The notes under the pieces: generated by a model | Database searches by the model: none | The model's input: the letters and a program-made list of their open reading frames with translations, nothing else | What the model was told of the DNA's origin: nothing | Origin: a virus | Taxonomy: Duplodnaviria > Caudoviricetes | Reading direction: 5' to 3' (one strand) | DNA: 64,000 bases | Virus record (IMG/VR): IMGVR_UViG_3300036783_000183 | Span: 9,075 to 73,074 of that record | Position numbers and translations under genes: made by a program | Part shown: one piece after another, positions 62,539 through 64,000 of the stretch | Position numbering within the stretch: the first letter of the stretch is position 1 | Layout of the letters: each line of letters begins with the position of its first letter

Positions 62539-62772
62539 CTACGTGCCCTGCGCCTGGCCGGTGGTGAAGCGCAGCAGCTGCGCCGTCAGCGGGGAGTACG
62601 TCGTGTCGGTGAAGCCGAAATTCGTGGTGCCGGCGACCGCGTTGCGGCCGGTGCCGAGCACGCACTCGGCCTGGGCGCCCAGGTCGGTGTTGTTCGCCGA
62701 CAGCGATGGGTCCACCGGGCGGTAGTCCAGCACGGTCGGCACCTGGCCGAACACCTGCGGGGGAAGTGCCAT
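62539..62772 (-). CDS. Small hypothetical protein
   Basis: GGAG RBS; convergent with the array. Confidence 0.55.
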   Translation of the reverse strand: MALPPQVFGQVPTVLDYRPVDPSLSANNTDLGAQAECVLGTGRNAVAGTTNFGFTDTTYSPLTAQLLRFTTGQAQGT

Positions 62773-62785
62773 GGCTTAGCTCCTG

Positions 62786-63136
62786 TCAGCCCATCCGGCC
62801 CGGGACGATCAGGCCGCCGTTGGAGAACGACCCGGACGCTGCCTGCCGCTCGCGCAGCCCGGCCAGCATCTCCTGGGCGTTCGTGGTCAGCAGCGTGTCA
62901 CTGGCGTACGGGTCCTTGATCAGGCCGCTGACCATGACGTGATCGCCGACCGAGAGGGCCGGCATGGCCAGCGACACGCTCATCCCCATCGCCAGGCCCA
63001 TCGTCATGTCGGTCTCGTGCGTCGGGTAGATGGTCGGGAACAGCTCGTAGTCGATCTCGTCCTGCTCAGCCTCGCTGAGCATGCCCTTGAGGATGGTGAC
63101 GAAGCGCTCCTCGAAGGCGTCGCTGATCCGCTGCAT
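62786..63136 (-). CDS. Hypothetical protein
   Basis: GGGAG RBS; ORF track. Confidence 0.6.
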   Translation of the reverse strand: MQRISDAFEERFVTILKGMLSEAEQDEIDYELFPTIYPTHETDMTMGLAMGMSVSLAMPALSVGDHVMVSGLIKDPYASDTLLTTNAQEMLAGLRERQAASGSFSNGGLIVPGRMG

Positions 63137-63181
63137 GATCTCCCCTGGGACGTAGGGCCTCTACAGCTTCCCGGGGGAGAC

Positions 63182-63649
63182 CTACGAGCACGGGTGATGG
63201 CCCCGCGAGAGGAACCACTTGTTGGCCTTGGTGAACTTGCCTAGCTGCCAGAACCCCCACGGCCGAAGGATAGGGCCGGTCAGCAGCACGGTCCACGCGC
63301 CACCGGGGTCAGGAATCACGGTGTGCTGATGGAGGGCGGGCCGGAACCTCACGCTCGGGGCTGTCAGGTGCTCGCCGCCGTGCGGGCTCAGCGGGGTCTC
63401 GCCAGGCTGCCTATCCACGTACCCGCCCCGGACCACGAAGGTCAGGAACCACCAGGGGTGGTCGTGGAACGCGCGGTCGTCATCCGGGCCGAGCCAGTGG
63501 TGGACGCGGAACGAGATCCAGGGCGTCTCCGCGATCCAGCGGATGACGTACGGGCACTCGGCCCAGCCGAGCAGCTCGCCCCAGGCGAACCGCCACTTGC
63601 CCTTGCCCGATCCTTTGGTACGGGAGGGCGCTGCACGGAACATACGCAC
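63182..63649 (-). CDS. Cupin-fold phage protein
   Basis: VHHWLGPDDDRAFHDHPWWFLTFVVRGGY...FRPALHQHTV. Confidence 0.75.
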   Translation of the reverse strand: MRMFRAAPSRTKGSGKGKWRFAWGELLGWAECPYVIRWIAETPWISFRVHHWLGPDDDRAFHDHPWWFLTFVVRGGYVDRQPGETPLSPHGGEHLTAPSVRFRPALHQHTVIPDPGGAWTVLLTGPILRPWGFWQLGKFTKANKWFLSRGHHPCS

Positions 63650-63707
63650 CTGCCTCCGGTCAATCAGCCCGGCGCTCTTAACCGCTATGAGCTACTCCCG
63701 TACCGCC

Positions 63708-63736
63708 ACGATATCAAGGAACCCGCGTCAGGCAAA
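63708..63736 (-). promoter_or_regulatory. Variant promoter (TTTGCC-N17-TATCGT with GGTTCCTTGA spacer end)
   Basis: Same -35 and extended -10 architecture as the cassette promoters. Confidence 0.55.
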
Positions 63737-64000
63737 CCGCCGCTTCCGGGCCATGGCGTACAGCATCCGCCGGTCCCCGGCGGTCACGTAGCCGTCCGCG
63801 TAGGCCTCGTCGCTGTCATCGCCCAGCAGGATGTCCTGCTGCTCGTTGCGCTCCAGGACCTGCCGGGCCAGGGGCACCTCGGCCGTGCCCTCCAGGACGA
63901 ACGTGACGCACGTCAGCGGCACGCCCCCGCGACCGAGCCGGTGGGCCCGGTCAAAGCGCTGCTGGCGGGTCGCGCTGGTCAGGGCGGACTCGTACTCGAT
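63728..64000 (-). CDS. SF2 (SNF2-like) helicase C-terminus (5' end off the window)
   Basis: Hand translation IEYESALTSATRQQRFDRAHRLGRGGVPLTCVTFVLEGT contains motif VI (QRxDRAHRLG). Confidence 0.75.
   Translation of the reverse strand: MEYESALTSATRQQRFDRAHRLGRGGVPLTCVTFVLEGTAEVPLARQVLERNEQQDILLGDDSDEAYADGYVTAGDRRMLYAMARKRRFA

Overview
This is a 64-kb segment of a large, high-GC actinobacterial phage or prophage. Its portal, terminase and replication genes resemble Bxz1/cluster-C-type myoviruses; that assignment is inferred. Most genes are on the minus strand. Head and packaging genes: portal (partial), scaffold-like low-complexity proteins, two giant polyvalent proteins (1805 and 2011 aa; ART-like, ParB-like, Nudix and nucleotidyltransferase modules separated by [HKR]-[TQE]-A-[AVS] motifs) and terminase. 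Replication and recombination genes: RuvC, a Cas4-like/PD-(D/E)xK nuclease, RecA, DnaE, SSB, Prim-Pol/ATPase with an iteron-flanked AT-rich origin, a 5'-3' exonuclease, family-4 UDG and an SF2 helicase (partial). Plus-strand accessory cassettes are interspersed, each behind a conserved palindromic promoter/operator, TA(T/C)CAAGGTTTATTGATA. The standout is a stand-alone RAMP/Cas7-like gene (14141-15085) with a partner gene (13669-14157), followed directly by a ~1.4-kb non-coding array of GGY-NN pentamers punctuated by GGC(A/C)G-TCNN delimiters. A second ~2-kb orphan array of the same grammar (60550-62535) and three mini-arrays (~11.1, 20.5 and 52.9 kb) lie elsewhere. This looks like an RNA-guided system with non-contiguous dinucleotide guides (VIPR-like) and a dispersed guide repertoire. 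All coordinates and counts were obtained by hand.
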